From the NCBI GenBank assembly GCA_028023455.1, contig JAQFVV010000008.1, forward strand, positions 8,370,001 through 8,434,000: a DNA stretch of 64,000 bases. Direction: 5' to 3'. This document shows, piece after piece, positions 26,401 to 40,399 of the stretch. The number at the start of each line of letters is the position of its first letter. The stretch's first letter is position 1. Below the pieces are notes generated by a model. It was not told where the DNA came from. It ran no database searches and saw nothing but the letters and a program-made list of their open reading frames with translations. The translations under genes and the position numbers were made by a program. The DNA is from Epiperipatus broadwayi (lineage: Eukaryota > Animalia > Onychophora).

Positions 26401-26999
26401 GATAACCGGGTTCTACAATAAGTCAAATAATTGAAGAATGAAAATGGATATAAAATACTGTTTGTATTAAAAAATTAGCTTTTGATAAACAAACATCCTA
26501 TGCTACAAGGCAGCAGGAGCTCTTGGTTCTACGCAGTTAGGTCATTCTACTACCTTGTACAACTTTCTACTTCTAATGCTTCATATTTTCTACCACCAGT
26601 AATCACAATCCCTTTCATGATATCATACAGTAAACCAGTGGATAATCAATTAATTTCAGATAATAAAATAAATCACATCTCATCACTTTACTTACATTTT
26701 TCTAGTAATAAAAACCATGTCTATAATATTCCTTAATTCTCTAAAACCATACTGAGTATCTAGTAATAGTTACTCATGTTTAGAAATAATATTTATTAAA
26801 GACAATAATAGTAATAATGATAATGTTGATGATGATAATAATAATTATTGAACAGTCATTTGATGAGAAGGCTAAATAACATTCATGCAATGTGGAAGTG
26901 ACATTTTGGGTTTGATCCAGTAAAGGCTATTCATATAATAATATTCCATATTATTTATTGCAACCACTTTTAACCCCTTAATTATTATAAAATGAAACA

Positions 27000-28240
27000 A
27001 CAGAAGCATTCATTAGAACAGATAGTATACTTTTGTGAATTCATATATCTATAGAAAATTCCAGTTTTAAAGCTAGCATATTGTCGACATTTTAAAATTT
27101 CTTAAGGATTCCACTATAATCCATAATTTTTCAATTTTTAATATTTGAACATAGCTACATTAAACTTTTCATCTTTAAGCATATCTAAGAAAATCAATAA
27201 TAGATGGATATATCATTAAAAGTAGTCATCTGAATTCTTGCAATATAATTTTAAAAAATTAAAAATATTACCATTACAATATAAAAGAGTGCCATTCATT
27301 GATTTAATAGTTATGATATTGTTTTTAAAGTCCATATATATTTTCAAATTATCAAAAATGATTTAAAACAACTGGGATCAACAAATGATTATAATAGTTG
27401 AATCTACCAATCATTCTAAAGTTTTCATGCCAGTAAATCTTTACATCTCCATGTGGTTTGTGAAGTTTCAAATTTGTTTTGCTGATCTGTCAAGAAGACA
27501 ATGCCACATTTTCTTTTAAATATGCCATTATGAAAAACTTGACAATCCAAAATGTCAATTTAGGTGTTTAACAGTCGTTGAAATTTGCTTTTAAATAATG
27601 AAAATCAAATTTCCTATCATTATATCTGGAATAAAATCTTTTAAAAATAAATTAAACTATCATTTTAACCCTAGGTATATTAATGTATGATTTGTTTAAT
27701 CCCTGATATTCTGATTTCAGGTATAGTATAGTCCATAGAATGCCATTATTTTAAGTGTGAATGTATCCAGGTTTCTTAATATTATTTTTTTCTGCCCAAA
27801 CAGTATTCATGATAATCTATGTATTGTGAGAAAAAAAAAATCAATAATAGATCAATTGAGCTTCCAATTATTATTTCTAGCAACTATAAGCCATACTTTA
27901 CTATTTCTTAGCAATATATGTATCAATACCTTTAAGAAACAATTTCATTTTTTATTAGTTTCTGCAATAATAATATGCAGAAATATAAGCAATGATAAAA
28001 AGGACACATATATTATTGCACAAACAATTTTTAATACCATTAGATTTTTATAATATTCCAAAAATAGAAGATACCAAGTTAGATTATATAATGAATTCAA
28101 CTTTGTGTAGTCTAATTTCACTTAATGACCTGTCTTTTCCAGCATAAGTTTAAATCAACATTCTTCTTCTTTATTAAAAGCAGCAATATTATCTTAAAGA
28201 ATCATTATCAAGCAATTTGCACATTCTATGTATTTATTTG
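27000..28240 (-). mobile_element. Possible decayed LINE remnant
   Basis: Weak RT-like minus-strand fragments; family not assignable. Confidence 0.3.
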
Positions 28241-28301
28241 AGTAAGTATACATATAAATAGAAGTACTTTCTTTTATTAACTGATACTCAAGGCAAAATG
28301 A

Positions 28302-28388
28302 GTTTATAAGTAATTATTAAAATCAGTCAACACTTATTGATAGTAGGATTGTCAAAGTGTTGACTGATTTTGATGATTACTCATAAAC
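28302..28388. repeat. 87-nt near-perfect hairpin
   Basis: GTTTATAAGTAATTATTAAAATCAGTCAACACTT pairs with AAGTGTTGACTGATTTTGATGATTACTCATAAAC (3 mismatches, 2 of them G-U compatible on the plus strand). The inner segment TGATAGT/ATTGTCA pairs further. Confidence 0.85.
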
Positions 28389-28577
28389 CAATTTAGCCTT
28401 TAGCAATGTGGGTGCAATTTGAAAAATAAAATTGCAGTTTGAATGTTATAATTGACTATTTATTATTACTATGCATTCAGAACAGGTTATATTTACTCGT
28501 TTAAAGAGATCTATTTAAACTTCTTTGTACCAACAATTTCAGTCTTGGTGATCAAGTTGCGTCTTTAGTGTCTTTAT

Positions 28578-28876
28578 CAGTGGTCCCCAACCTTTTTGCA
28601 TGTAAGAGCACATTCTATAATATTGGCCAGGTGGCGGGCACCATTTATTTTTTCAATGTAAATTTATAGTTGGATATTGTTAATAATACACATAATGTAC
28701 AAAAAAATATTTATTTCAAAAATAAAATTTTAACATTTGATTACAATATAATACAATAATTTATAAGAAATTTTAAAAATTAAATTTATTTGTATCAGAT
28801 AAATAATTTTTTATCGTGTTTGGATAGTGGCAGGCACACGTAAAATGGCCCGCGGGCATAGGGTTGGGGACCCCTG
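28578..28876. mobile_element. hAT MITE, 299 bp
   Basis: TIRs CAGTGGTCCCCAACC and GGTTGGGGACCCCTG; 8-bp TSD GTCTTTAT/GTCTATAT (7/8). Confidence 0.92.
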
Positions 28877-30179
28877 GTCTATATAAATATATTGAACCAT
28901 AAATAAAGATGGAATCCCATCAAAAGGAGTTTGCTTTGATAACAGATTGAGATTGTTATTCATATTGGAATTGTCTAAGTGATGACTGATTTTAATGATT
29001 TCTTTTATTAATATCACAATGAATCATTTTGTCACCATTTCCATTACTGATATAATAACTATTTCTATCTTTTAAATAAGCAACCTACATAGCCATATAT
29101 TGTGAGACAAGTCATTTATAGATCAGCTTGCCACATTTATAGAAAGCAGAGAGATCAATCTCTAAATAAAGCTCTCTGTAGCAAATCCATTTTCTAAGCA
29201 ACTCATGGTCCTCTATCCCATCAATTTTTTCATTATAACACTAAAATCTATTAAGATTTCCTTTAAAAAGCAAAAATAAATGAATATATAAATGAGAAAC
29301 AAGACATTTTTATAAAAAGGTTAAGATTTATATTTTTTATGGATCTATAATGCTTCTGTCTATAAAAATCTATGTCCAAGCTTTAAAAAAATTGTCTAGG
29401 ATTATTCGGAAGCAGGAACAAAAAAAATAATAACATGAGCCCAATTCAATTGAATCTAATCTTCTACATATTATAGACATAACTAAATATCTTAGCTATA
29501 TAAACACAGAGAGTAGGCAGTTTCATAAAACAAATAATTTGTATAAATTACAGAAATGTTCCACAAATATATAATATTTGAAACACCCCACAGCTATATT
29601 ATTTCAGCTACACTACCTTTTAAAATAAAAATTCAAGATGTTTTTTTATTTTAGGGTGTGAGGGGTGGATTATGGATATAGCTATGGAGCATTTCAAATA
29701 TTTTATATTGATTTCAGCTAGCATTATGCATTGGTTCTAATTCACAAATATATATATACCAAGAAATATCAAAGCTATACTTTATCATTTTAGTTAAATA
29801 AGTTAAATCAAATAAATAATTTGAGTAATTATAAATACTGATATTTATTACAAAAGATTATTAAATAATTAAACAACAAAATCTACAGAAAATTGAAGAT
29901 ATTATTACCATCACATATATTCATGATGATTCACATCTAACACACTTTCTTTTATATATTTCAATCATATGATAATGAATAAATACATCCAGTATATAAA
30001 AAAAAATCATTCAACTTCATATTATTTAAAACAATTATTTAAACCTAACTTGACCGTTCAATGACAACATCTTCTACTTATATATATATATATAATTTTA
30101 AATCGTTTTACTAGTATATATGATTAATATAATAATAAGCATAAATGAAATATTTCTATTTCTATTTTATTTTATTAAG

Positions 30180-32165
30180 AGATGTTGCTTACAAATTATA
30201 AGCAATAATATGATTATAAAAGGAATATTCCTATTCCTAATCTTCAGAAACATTCTAATGAGTTTAAATTAGAACTTACAAATCGGTTTCAAATATTAAT
30301 AGATTTTGAATATAATTCAGATTTGAATGAAATTAATAAAAAAATAACTGATAAACTTTTAAAAACTGCTACAAAGATAGCTGGTAGAAAGAAGTAGGAA
30401 TTGATCAATAAAATTTCTACTAAGACTAGAGAATTTATGAAGAAAAGAAGGAATATGAAAATCTACAAAAATGATGCATTAAAAAGGATTGAATACCTTG
30501 AATTTTGTAAAATGGTGTGAAAAAAAGTCGAAAATGATATAAGGGAGTACGACTGTGAACTAACAACGAAAGCTGTAGAAGAGAATAAAAGTCTCAAGAC
30601 AGTAAAACAACATTTTGGTATTGGTAGGAAATTTATATCTGCAATAAGAAAAAAAGATGGAATTATTACTAAAAAGAGAGATGACATCATGAAATGGATA
30701 GAAGACTTCTACCAAAAATTATATAATAATAAAGAACAAGTACCTCCTATATGTATTATATCTTCCAAATTGGCCAGAATTTTAAATGAAGAAGTGAGAC
30801 ATGCAATTAAATTTATGAAGAAAGTAAAAGCTCCAGGTAATGATGGGATTATAATTGATATTTTAAAAGAGCAGGTGAAAAAATATAATTTTTTTTAAGC
30901 AAAGTTATACACCAAATGTTTAATTGATAGATGTACCAGATGATTGGAAGCATGCAATATTAATATTTAAAAAAGGTGATAAAGAAGATATTAGAAATTA
31001 CAGACCTATCAGCCTTTTGTCAGTTTTATATAAAAATTTTATCAAAATAATTACAACTTGTCTACAAAGAACATTGGATTTCTACCAACCAAGAGAACAA
31101 GCTGGATTTAAAAGTGGTTTTAGTACAGTAGATCATATCCAAGTATTAAGAGAAGTTATGGAAAGGACAAATGAATATGAGTTGCCATTATGCTTTGCAT
31201 TTGTAGATTATGAAAAGGCATTTAATTCTATAAACATTTCTTCAGTGATTAAAGTATTGGACCATCAAGGTATAGATCCAGGATATTGTCATATTTTGAA
31301 GAATATTTATAAAAATGCAACAGCAATAATTAGATTACATAATGATACTAGAAAAGTCAACATTGAGAAGAGTGTAAGACAGGGTGACTCCATATCTCCA
31401 AAACTTTTACAGCAGTGCTGCAAGAAGTATTTTGTGGATTAAAATGGGAAGCTAAAGAAGTGAAAGTAAATAGAGATTATTTAAGTCATTTAGATTTTGC
31501 AAATGATGCAGTTATTTTTGCAAATAATGCTTTAGAGCTAAAGGAAATGTTGCAGAAGTTATCGTAGGAAAGTAGGACTAGGATAAATGTTAAATAATAA
31601 TGGATTTTCTCAAAATATGAAAATATTATTATGATGAATTAGGAAAAGTTAACAGTTATAAATACTTTGGTCAGGTTATTAATACAGATGGAAATATAAT
31701 GGATGAAATTAATCATAGAATTAAACTTGAATGGAGTGCTTTTGGTAGAAATAACATGATACTAAAAGGAAATATGCTTATGTGTTTGAAAAGGAAGGTT
31801 TTTAATAAATGTGTTTTACCAGTTCTTACTTATAGATCTGAGATTTGGATATTTAATAGAAGAGCAATACAGAGACTTCAGACCACTCAAATAAGTACGG
31901 AGAGATCGAAAACACACTAAATGATTAAGAGAACAAACAGGTGTTACTGACCTCAATGAAAAAATTAAAAGACTGAACTGGAGTTGGGCCGACAATTGAA
32001 ATCTTAAACCGGATTCCAAGAGATTGTGAAAGACCCAGAAAGAGACCATACATGAGATGGATGGATGAAATAAGAAAGTGTGCAGGGGTGATATGGAGAA
32101 GCTAAAGATTGGAGAAGATGGAATGAACTTGGAGAGTGGATTGATAATGGTTTATGATAATGATT
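30180..32165 (+). mobile_element. 5'-truncated RTE-clade LINE with disrupted reverse transcriptase
   Basis: ORF 30924-31442 has KKGDKEDIRNYRPISLLS, QPREQAGFKSGFSTVDHI, FVDYEKAFNSI and VRQGDSISPKL. Upstream is KAPGNDGI; downstream are DFANDA (FADD equivalent) and CVLPVLTYRSEIW. It ends in a GAT-rich tail near 32155-32165. Confidence 0.93.
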
Positions 32166-34274
32166 AGGAATTTGATTATCCAAACTAACAAAGTAAAAAG
32201 GGATTCAGAAAATCAAATTGGTTAAGATAGTCAGACATAAAGAAAGGCAATTTAGATAAAATAAAGATATGACAGATTATTACCAATTATATTTTGAAAT
32301 ATCAACTTTTAAATACAGTAATAAATTTAGGAAGTAATTAATAAATATAAACAAATAGTTTAATGAAAAAAATATTATACATTTTCTGCTTAGCAAACAA
32401 TTTTAAATGAAATTAATTTAACAATGTATAATTTGATACAGATGGTTCTCCATTTCTACAAATGAAGCATTCTGTGATTCTTTGCTTAACTCAAAATTTT
32501 AAAATAAATTCCTATTCAAATATTAAATATTAATGTTAAATATCAGAATATTTTTTTAATAAATAGAAATAAACATTATTATATATCACAAAATGTTCAC
32601 AGAGCATTGAAGACTTTATTGAATTATTTATCAAAGTTTCTGAATTTTTTGCACTTTATATGCACTATAAGTGTTTACATAATATAGTCAATTCAATTTT
32701 ATAATGAAAGTGCACAGCAACAAATAATAATCAATTAAAGAATGCACAATACAATGAATAACAAATCAATTATGATAAAGTGATATGACTACAGAAAGGA
32801 AAAGATAAATTATGACAAATATATAAGTAAAAAAAAAAGAGAAAAGAAAGGAATAATTGGTATATGAATAAAAGTTTACAAATTATATTTTAATTTTAAG
32901 GCTTTCTATAAAAGAATAAAGTCAAGGTTGGATCTTTATTCATAAAATCCTTGTCATAAGTATTGATTACACAAAATATGGGGGAAAATCTGAGAGAATC
33001 CAATCACCAGCAAATTAGATTTAAAAGATTGTGTGGAATATTAAATTGAGGAGATATGGAAATGATATATTTAAGAGCAAATCTGGAATAATAGTTTAAT
33101 GAAACATCTTGAATACAAATTTAATATCAAAGTTTAAATAATAAAAATAAAGCAATGAAGTTCTAATATGTGATTTGTTAAATGCAAGATAAGAAATTTC
33201 TAAATTTGACCATTTGTTTATTAAATTTCAAACAATAAAATATAACCCAGAATGTTTATTCCAAAAATGGGTCAGTAGATTACAAAATAAATAATTCTTA
33301 TAATATTGTAAAGATAAGTTTATTACCGAAATCATTTATATACAGCAGAGCCACAAACTACACTAAATTTTGTTCCAATCCCCCCCTCATGTTCAAAGAA
33401 AATAGCATATAATAGCTCACTTTTTGTTGATAAATATTGATTAGAATAGAATGTGTTGTTTATTGAAATGCAAGTGAATAATAAGTTTCAAAATACACAT
33501 ATATATATATAAACAAAATTTTAAAATAATATTAAAGTTATTAATAATAAATGAAGGAATATTTATTTTAATGGGTGTCACTCATGCATCATTGAAGCAA
33601 TAAGAATAAGAAAAAAAACTAACACCTACTGTATTTAAAATTTTTAAAATAAATAGAAAAATACAGTCTGGGCAATATTCTTTTTTTTTTTTTGTTCAAT
33701 AACTTTTTTCTAGTATAGATACAATATGCTTATACCTTTTCAATAAATTAGCACCTCTAATTATGTTAATGCTAAATCAATATTTTGAAATTTTATGAAA
33801 CTCTTACTTTTAGAAAATATTTTATTAAATAAAATACTATATATCAAATTCAGAAATGATAATAAAGAATAAAATTTATGTACTTCCAACATAAACTGAA
33901 GATATTTATTAATATATGTAATCTGTATGCACTTAGCTCTGTTAAGAAAAAATGATAGTTAAATATTAAAATTTGTGAATTTTAATGGTTTTTTAAATTG
34001 ATTTATTTATATTTTTGTTTGTTTACATTTTACTTTGTATAGCGTATAATTGATATCATGTAGTTAGATATAGCATAGTTCAATACAATGCAGTTCATAG
34101 CTTTACTGTACATAACCGAGTTAACACTAACCAATAACTGAAATGAGAACAACTGTAAGATTTCAAAAAAATGTAACAAAACTTGTGCCAACATTAAATT
34201 TTTACTATTGTTAACAAAATAGCAGCAAAAATATAATATTTTGAAAAATGTTTTGATAGCAATGAAAAACTTTT

Positions 34275-34630
34275 CAATCACCTTGTATATATATATGTTA
34301 TATAAAGAGCTCACAAATAAGCTCTTAACAAGCTTTGCAGAATATACCTAACCCTAGACCAGTTTCTGCTACTGGCTTCCTCAGTGAGGTGCTAGGATAT
34401 TCAAGCAGTAGATTAAAAATACAAGAACAAGCCCAGTACTTTATCTAATGGATAACTATTAAGTAAAAACTATTAAGCCAGTAGCAGAAAACGGTCTGGG
34501 TTTAGGAATATTCTGCAAAGCTTGTTAAGAGCTTATTTGTGAACTCTTTATATAACACATTTATAATATAAGCTTGTTTAAATTAGGTCATGTGACATCT
34601 GACTTGATTTCTTTGTAATATACATATGTG
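34275..34630. mobile_element. Non-autonomous element with ~75-bp inverted repeats and 3' hairpin (copy 2)
   Basis: TGTTATATAAAGAGCTCACAAATAAGCTCTTAACAAGCTTTGCAGAATAT... starts at 34296, and its reverse complement ends ...TATATAACA at 34557. The right flank GTCATGTGACATCTGACTTGATTT is shared with the 3.05-3.42 kb copy. Confidence 0.8.
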
Positions 34631-35429
34631 TTTAGGTATATATTAAAAAAACAATTTTATTTGATTTTTAACAATATTATGTATTATGAAAATACATACA
34701 AAATCAATTCTACAATTGTTTATATTATCTAACATTATCAAATGGTATCATGATAAAGATAATTTTAACATAGCTAATTGTTTCTATCTATTCGACCAAA
34801 TAAATGTATTTTCTAAACCTAAATGATAATTTGTTGTTAAAAAATCTAAAAGTCAAAAACTAAATTAGAAAAATCTATCAATTTCCTTAATTTATTCTTA
34901 CATCGGAAAGTATAAAAATTGAATTAAAAACATTTTTTAATTTCAACTATTGATTTTACAAATTTACTTTAAAATTTTCACAATTTCAATTCATTTATAA
35001 CATCTTTTAATAGTCAAAGAATAAATTAATTTAATATAGTACAGTAATAGTAAAATTTATTCAAAATTATAAAAATTTAAAACTTTCATAATATGCTTAG
35101 AAGACATATACGTCATTGATATTTCTCTTATAATTTTACATTTTTATAAATATAAACAAATCTAATGCCTTTTCTCTTGTTTTCTAGCAAAATTAAATTA
35201 ACTTCTTTAATATTCTAACAATTTTAATCTACTTTATAAATGATAATTATTACAATAAACTATTACTAGATCTGTTTATATAAAAAAAATATGAAAAATA
35301 AATATTTATATTGTAAGATTACTTTTTTGGCAATTCATACTATCATAATAATAAAAGAGAATAGTAATAATAAAGACTGTAAATAATCACAAATTAAAAA
35401 AAACCCAAATACATTTAAATATAAATGTG

Positions 35430-35640
35430 ATTATCAAATTTACAAATTGAAAACAATTTTTTAATAAATTAAATTATTTAAAATTTTAAAAAATAAAACT
35501 GGAAGATTTCTTAAAAGAATATTACAAGGGAGTGATAACTTTATTACTAAAAACAATTTTCTGCATTTTGATGAAACTTACAAAAAAATTATGTCTTTAA
35601 CAAAAAAAGTAAATAACTTATTTAAAGCAAAAGATTTTTT
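35430..35640 (+). repeat. AT-rich dispersed repeat, copy 1 (copy 2 at ~46440-46650)
   Basis: Shared blocks in the same order: TTACAAATTGAAAAxAATTTTTTAATAAA, AATATTACAA, ACTTxATTACTA and TGCATTTTGAT. Confidence 0.6.
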
Positions 35641-37349
35641 GATCTTTTATGTTTAAATTGTCAATTTATAAAATCTTTCAAAATGCTTAACTGTTGTTTT
35701 GTGTAATTACAATGGAAAAATAAATTCATTAAAACAAAATGAAGCAATTAAAAATGTGCTGCAGCTTAATATAATAAGAATTTTATTAGCTTTTTTTAAG
35801 GAGTTTCTACATTTCATAAATATTATTATTAAAATTAAGTACACAATTCTTATTGTAATTGCAAATACAGACTTCTCCAAAACTATCAAAAGATCAGAAT
35901 GAAAATATTTTACCTAGATTTGAAATGAATTTAATTTATTTTTTTTTATAAAAGAAAACTGCTATAATTATTGTAAATAAAGTTTCATGCTTATTATCTG
36001 AAATCTATCCGAATAAGAAAAAAAAAAAGGTTTTTCATAAATAATTTACTAACTTTTCTGAAAATTGTTTCCCCTAAAATTATTATTAAACGACTTAAAA
36101 GTTCATAAATATCAAAGTTCAAAATAATAATGGCAGTCATTTTGATGATAGACCACAGTAGCAAAATAGTTTTTTTAAAAAAAAAAATCAGTACAATTTT
36201 ATAGTGGAAGCTATGGTAAAAGTCTGTATTAAAAAAAATATGTCAGGGGATAAGATTGCATTTAATGCATTCAATTACTAAACTGCTTTCTTCCATAATA
36301 TTCATTATATTTATTCTCTTTGTAAATTCACTTCAAATTTTATTCATCATATTCCTACATTTATTTTAACTCATTATCAGAAATTTAATCTATTTATAAG
36401 ACACAATTATATTAATTTTAAACATCATTTGTTAACACTAATCATAAATATAAATATATTATACAATATATATAAACATTTAAATGTAAGGCTGTCCTTA
36501 ATTAAAACAAAAACAACAGTAATAACACTAATAATTCTTGACAAAAATGCAATGAATTTAAATAAAGAGAAATTACTAAAAAAAAAAAAGCTACTTAAAT
36601 TATTTAATCAGTTTTATTAATAGTGTAAGTTAATATCTAAAAACAAATAGTTTTTTGAGATAATTAATTGTAAATAATAAATATTTTTTTTAGAAATTAC
36701 ATTAGTATGACAACAATTTATTCATCAATTTAACATTTTTTTTTACATTTTAATAAACTAAATGTAATTAATTGTATTAAACACATATATAATTTCAATT
36801 AATATGTGACATAAATGTGTATATGTGGAAGTGCATACATTTACAATTATCTGATAAACAATATTCCTTAGTTTTATCAAAAACTTATTAAGCAAAATTG
36901 TATTAAAAGTTTGACAGATGACTGCAAAAATAGACCAAGCTAATGATAGAATAATAATTAAAAAGGGTTAACTAATCAATGATCAGTATACTTTAATAAT
37001 TTACAAGGTATTAAAACTTTTTAAAAAGATGTTAAGTCTTTTGAACCTTACCTGACATGCTGTAGTTGTTATTTGTATTCATTTGTGATCATTAATTGTT
37101 TTTATAAAAAAAAAGAAAGGCATGCACCACATAACATATGTTATGTCACATTGTAGAGAATTTATCCCATTCTCTAATAGTATTTCAAGATGGCAATGCA
37201 GATTATAATTTTTTTTATCTATAGATTTTTTTGCAATAAGTTGTATAGTTTTCTAAAAAGCTTAAAAAAGAAAGCACAGAAAATTCATAAGCAAGATTTA
37301 AAAAATAAAATGATAGATACCTATTTTAATCATTCCATTTTTATATAAT

Positions 37350-39560
37350 ATAGTGAACCGGATTGACATCCGATTCAAAGGTTTTACTGCCAAAATTAAA
37401 AACTTTTAATTTCGTTAAGTTTCTAAAGTTAAAAAAAAAAAAAAAATTTTTAATTATTAAAAAGAATACGTGTATTAAAACACCTACTCATTTATAGATG
37501 TTTTAATGTTTATAAAATTGTTTTTAAAATAGTTTTTTTATACCGCTTGTTTTTAATTTTTTTAAAAAATCAAATTGATTATTAAAAACAAGCTGGCTAG
37601 CTAATTACATTACTGTTGCTTTTATATTAATTATTGTAAAATCATTCTAAAAAGCAGAGAATTGATTTGTATTGTTGTTTTTGTTTCAATAATCCCTGGG
37701 TAGAAGTCTTAGATTAGATTGAGCTGGAGAATTCAACAACAAGGAAAGTGTTTTGCGGGAAATGTAGGAAGTATAAATAGCCCCGAAAATTTGGAGAGAA
37801 TTATTAATTATTCTTAACTAGATAAGCTGTTTCTTAAGTGAAATTTCGTATTCTTATACACACTTGGACTGCAGCCTGTTGTGATCCAGAGTTTTGGTAG
37901 CAGTTCAGACATTTAATTCCTGCTAAAAACTTACGATTATTAACAGACTTCATTGCTGTACCAGATGTCAAAATCTACCACTCTGAGTTTTGCCATTATC
38001 AGGATGTCTTGCTAATTCAACTCAAAAGACGGACTCATGCCTGCCAACTCTCCTTCAATCCTGCAATGAACACCTAAAATAAACAAGACCCCGCTGCCTC
38101 TACCTTGCCACTGTCAAAGGACCTGAAAATGAACTAAAATAATAGCGCGCACTCTACGTCTATGTTGTTTTTATCGAAATGTAACTATTTTCTTTTATTC
38201 TTCCCAGGGTAAATTTCTTTTCATTAAATCTCTGCTCAATCTAATTATAAACCTGTATTCATAAGTAATATTTAACCTCATATGTAATATTTTGTGATTT
38301 CTTATATTTTGCCGTGTGTCTTGGAATCTTAGTTTTAAGATTCCAAGTTGCTTCCAATTTTGTTTATTGGAGAGTGATGAGTGAGTTTTTCTATTGTTAT
38401 GCCTAACTTTTACTAAATGCTTTAGCAGTCATGTATATTTTGAATGCTTACCTGTAATTATTTTAGTAGCCCATAATTAATTTTAAACACTATATCTGCG
38501 CTTTTGCAAACCACCAAATCTTTTGGCTGGTGACTTTATTTTCCTAGTTTTCCGCAGGTGGGATTCCATTTCTTCGTTTCTTATATCTCTGAAAGTGGAA
38601 ACTAGAATTGTTTTTCTTTGTAATTTTATAAGTCGTCAGCAGGAAGATAATATTTATTCCATTGTAAATTGCAGGTGAGAGAGACTTTCATACTGCTAAA
38701 GTATTTAAAGCTTTAATATTTTCGTACTCAAGTGCACTCTCCAATAGATTTATTTTGTATTTATGTAATTATCAGAGCATGTACTCAGAACTTGTATCAT
38801 AAATTTATTTCTTAATTGTAATTATTTGTAATTCATTTTGTTTAATTGTTGGGGCAGACATAACTGGTTTTCTAATGATTTACTTGTCTCCTATTGAGAC
38901 CTTTAATTATTATTAGTTTTGGCCAACTATTTGGTTGGGGATTCGCCAGTTTTAATTGTTTGTTTTCATTTCATTTTAAATCATATTTTTCGGTTGTTCT
39001 TGGGGTAAATCAATCACCTTTCTTTTAAACGTAATAATAGGTGCAGCTTTTACCGACAGATGACATTCGTGGTCCGACACATTTTTCGGACCTCGGAAAG
39101 CTTGCTGGCACTGGTTTCGTTGATTTATTTCAAGAACGTATTGTTTAAGTATCTGAAAGTGAAAACCAATGTTTGGGTGAATCCTCTGCTGAAAGAAATA
39201 GCTTCCTCCCTTTTATAATTCATTATTAGAAAATCAATAAGTCTGCCTGAGCATAGCGTTAGTCTTTCTGGTACATGCCTGAGCTAACCCTATTTATTGT
39301 GTCTTAAACTTATACTTCACAATTTATTTTCTCTTAAATAATTTTTTTTTAATATGTTTAAACTTAAATTGGCTGACGTTTGTCTTGGTGCTTTTATGTC
39401 TCAATTGTCTAAACAATTTTAAGATCTCTTGTTTCTACCCGAGTCTAGTCGGCGCAAACCATCATCACCATCCATTCTGATCACAGTAAATAAATTTTCC
39501 AGATACGTAGAGATCTATCTGGTGGCGCCCTCTGCGATCAGAATAGATTGAGTGTCGGTA
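37350..39560 (+). other. Unclassified long LTR-like or non-coding repeat module
   Basis: TATA-like GTATAAATAG at ~37771, a GC-richer segment at 37860-38160, AATAAA near 38078, several splice-like sites and a structured right end. No ORF. Boundaries uncertain. Confidence 0.3.
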
Positions 39561-40399
39561 TAATAGAAATGGATAATATAAATGCAAAATTAGTTTTAAT
39601 TATATGTAAAAAAAAAAAAATATCAATATAATACTAATTACATTCTTTAATATTAGTTTGTAAAAAAAAAAAGGCCAAATAATAATACATACAATATAAA
39701 TGATTTTGCAAGCAATGTAACACATATAATTTATGAATGAATTATTAAATTCTTTATTTTATAATAATTATTATATTTTCTTAGTTTTATTATGTTATGT
39801 TAACCTTATAGAACATTTAATAATTCATTATGAAAAGTGCACTTTCAATAGATGCATAAAAAAGTCAAATGAAATTTTCATTAGTCAACCAGTTGCTATG
39901 CTATCTAATATTATTGTTAATTTTGTATAATATATGGTAAATTGAATATACATATAATGACTAGTAGCTAAATATCCATTAAGTTTTCTTCCCTTTTGAC
40001 TGGAATAATATAAACTTGCTGCCATCAATAATTTTAATATTTTAAATTGACAATATTTAAGCAGTCTCTTTTTCATAAACTACCTTATAAACTTTAGCAT
40101 ACTGATCTGCCAAAATATTTCATCAAGAATAAAAATGGAGGAACATTTCTAAAAGGAAATAATATATTCATGCAAAACTTGATACACCATTTTATAAAAA
40201 GTAAAACCTTATGTAAGTTTTAAATTTCATTCCAAAACTTTTTATTTTAAAAATAAAGTTAAAATTAACTATCTCATAAGAGAAATTTATATTCCATATT
40301 GGAAATTAATTTTAAAGATAACTACATTTTTAAAAGGTCTTTTATTTCTTATAAAAAAAAAAGTCATTTAATATTCAGTTGTCAGTACTTGAAATCTAA

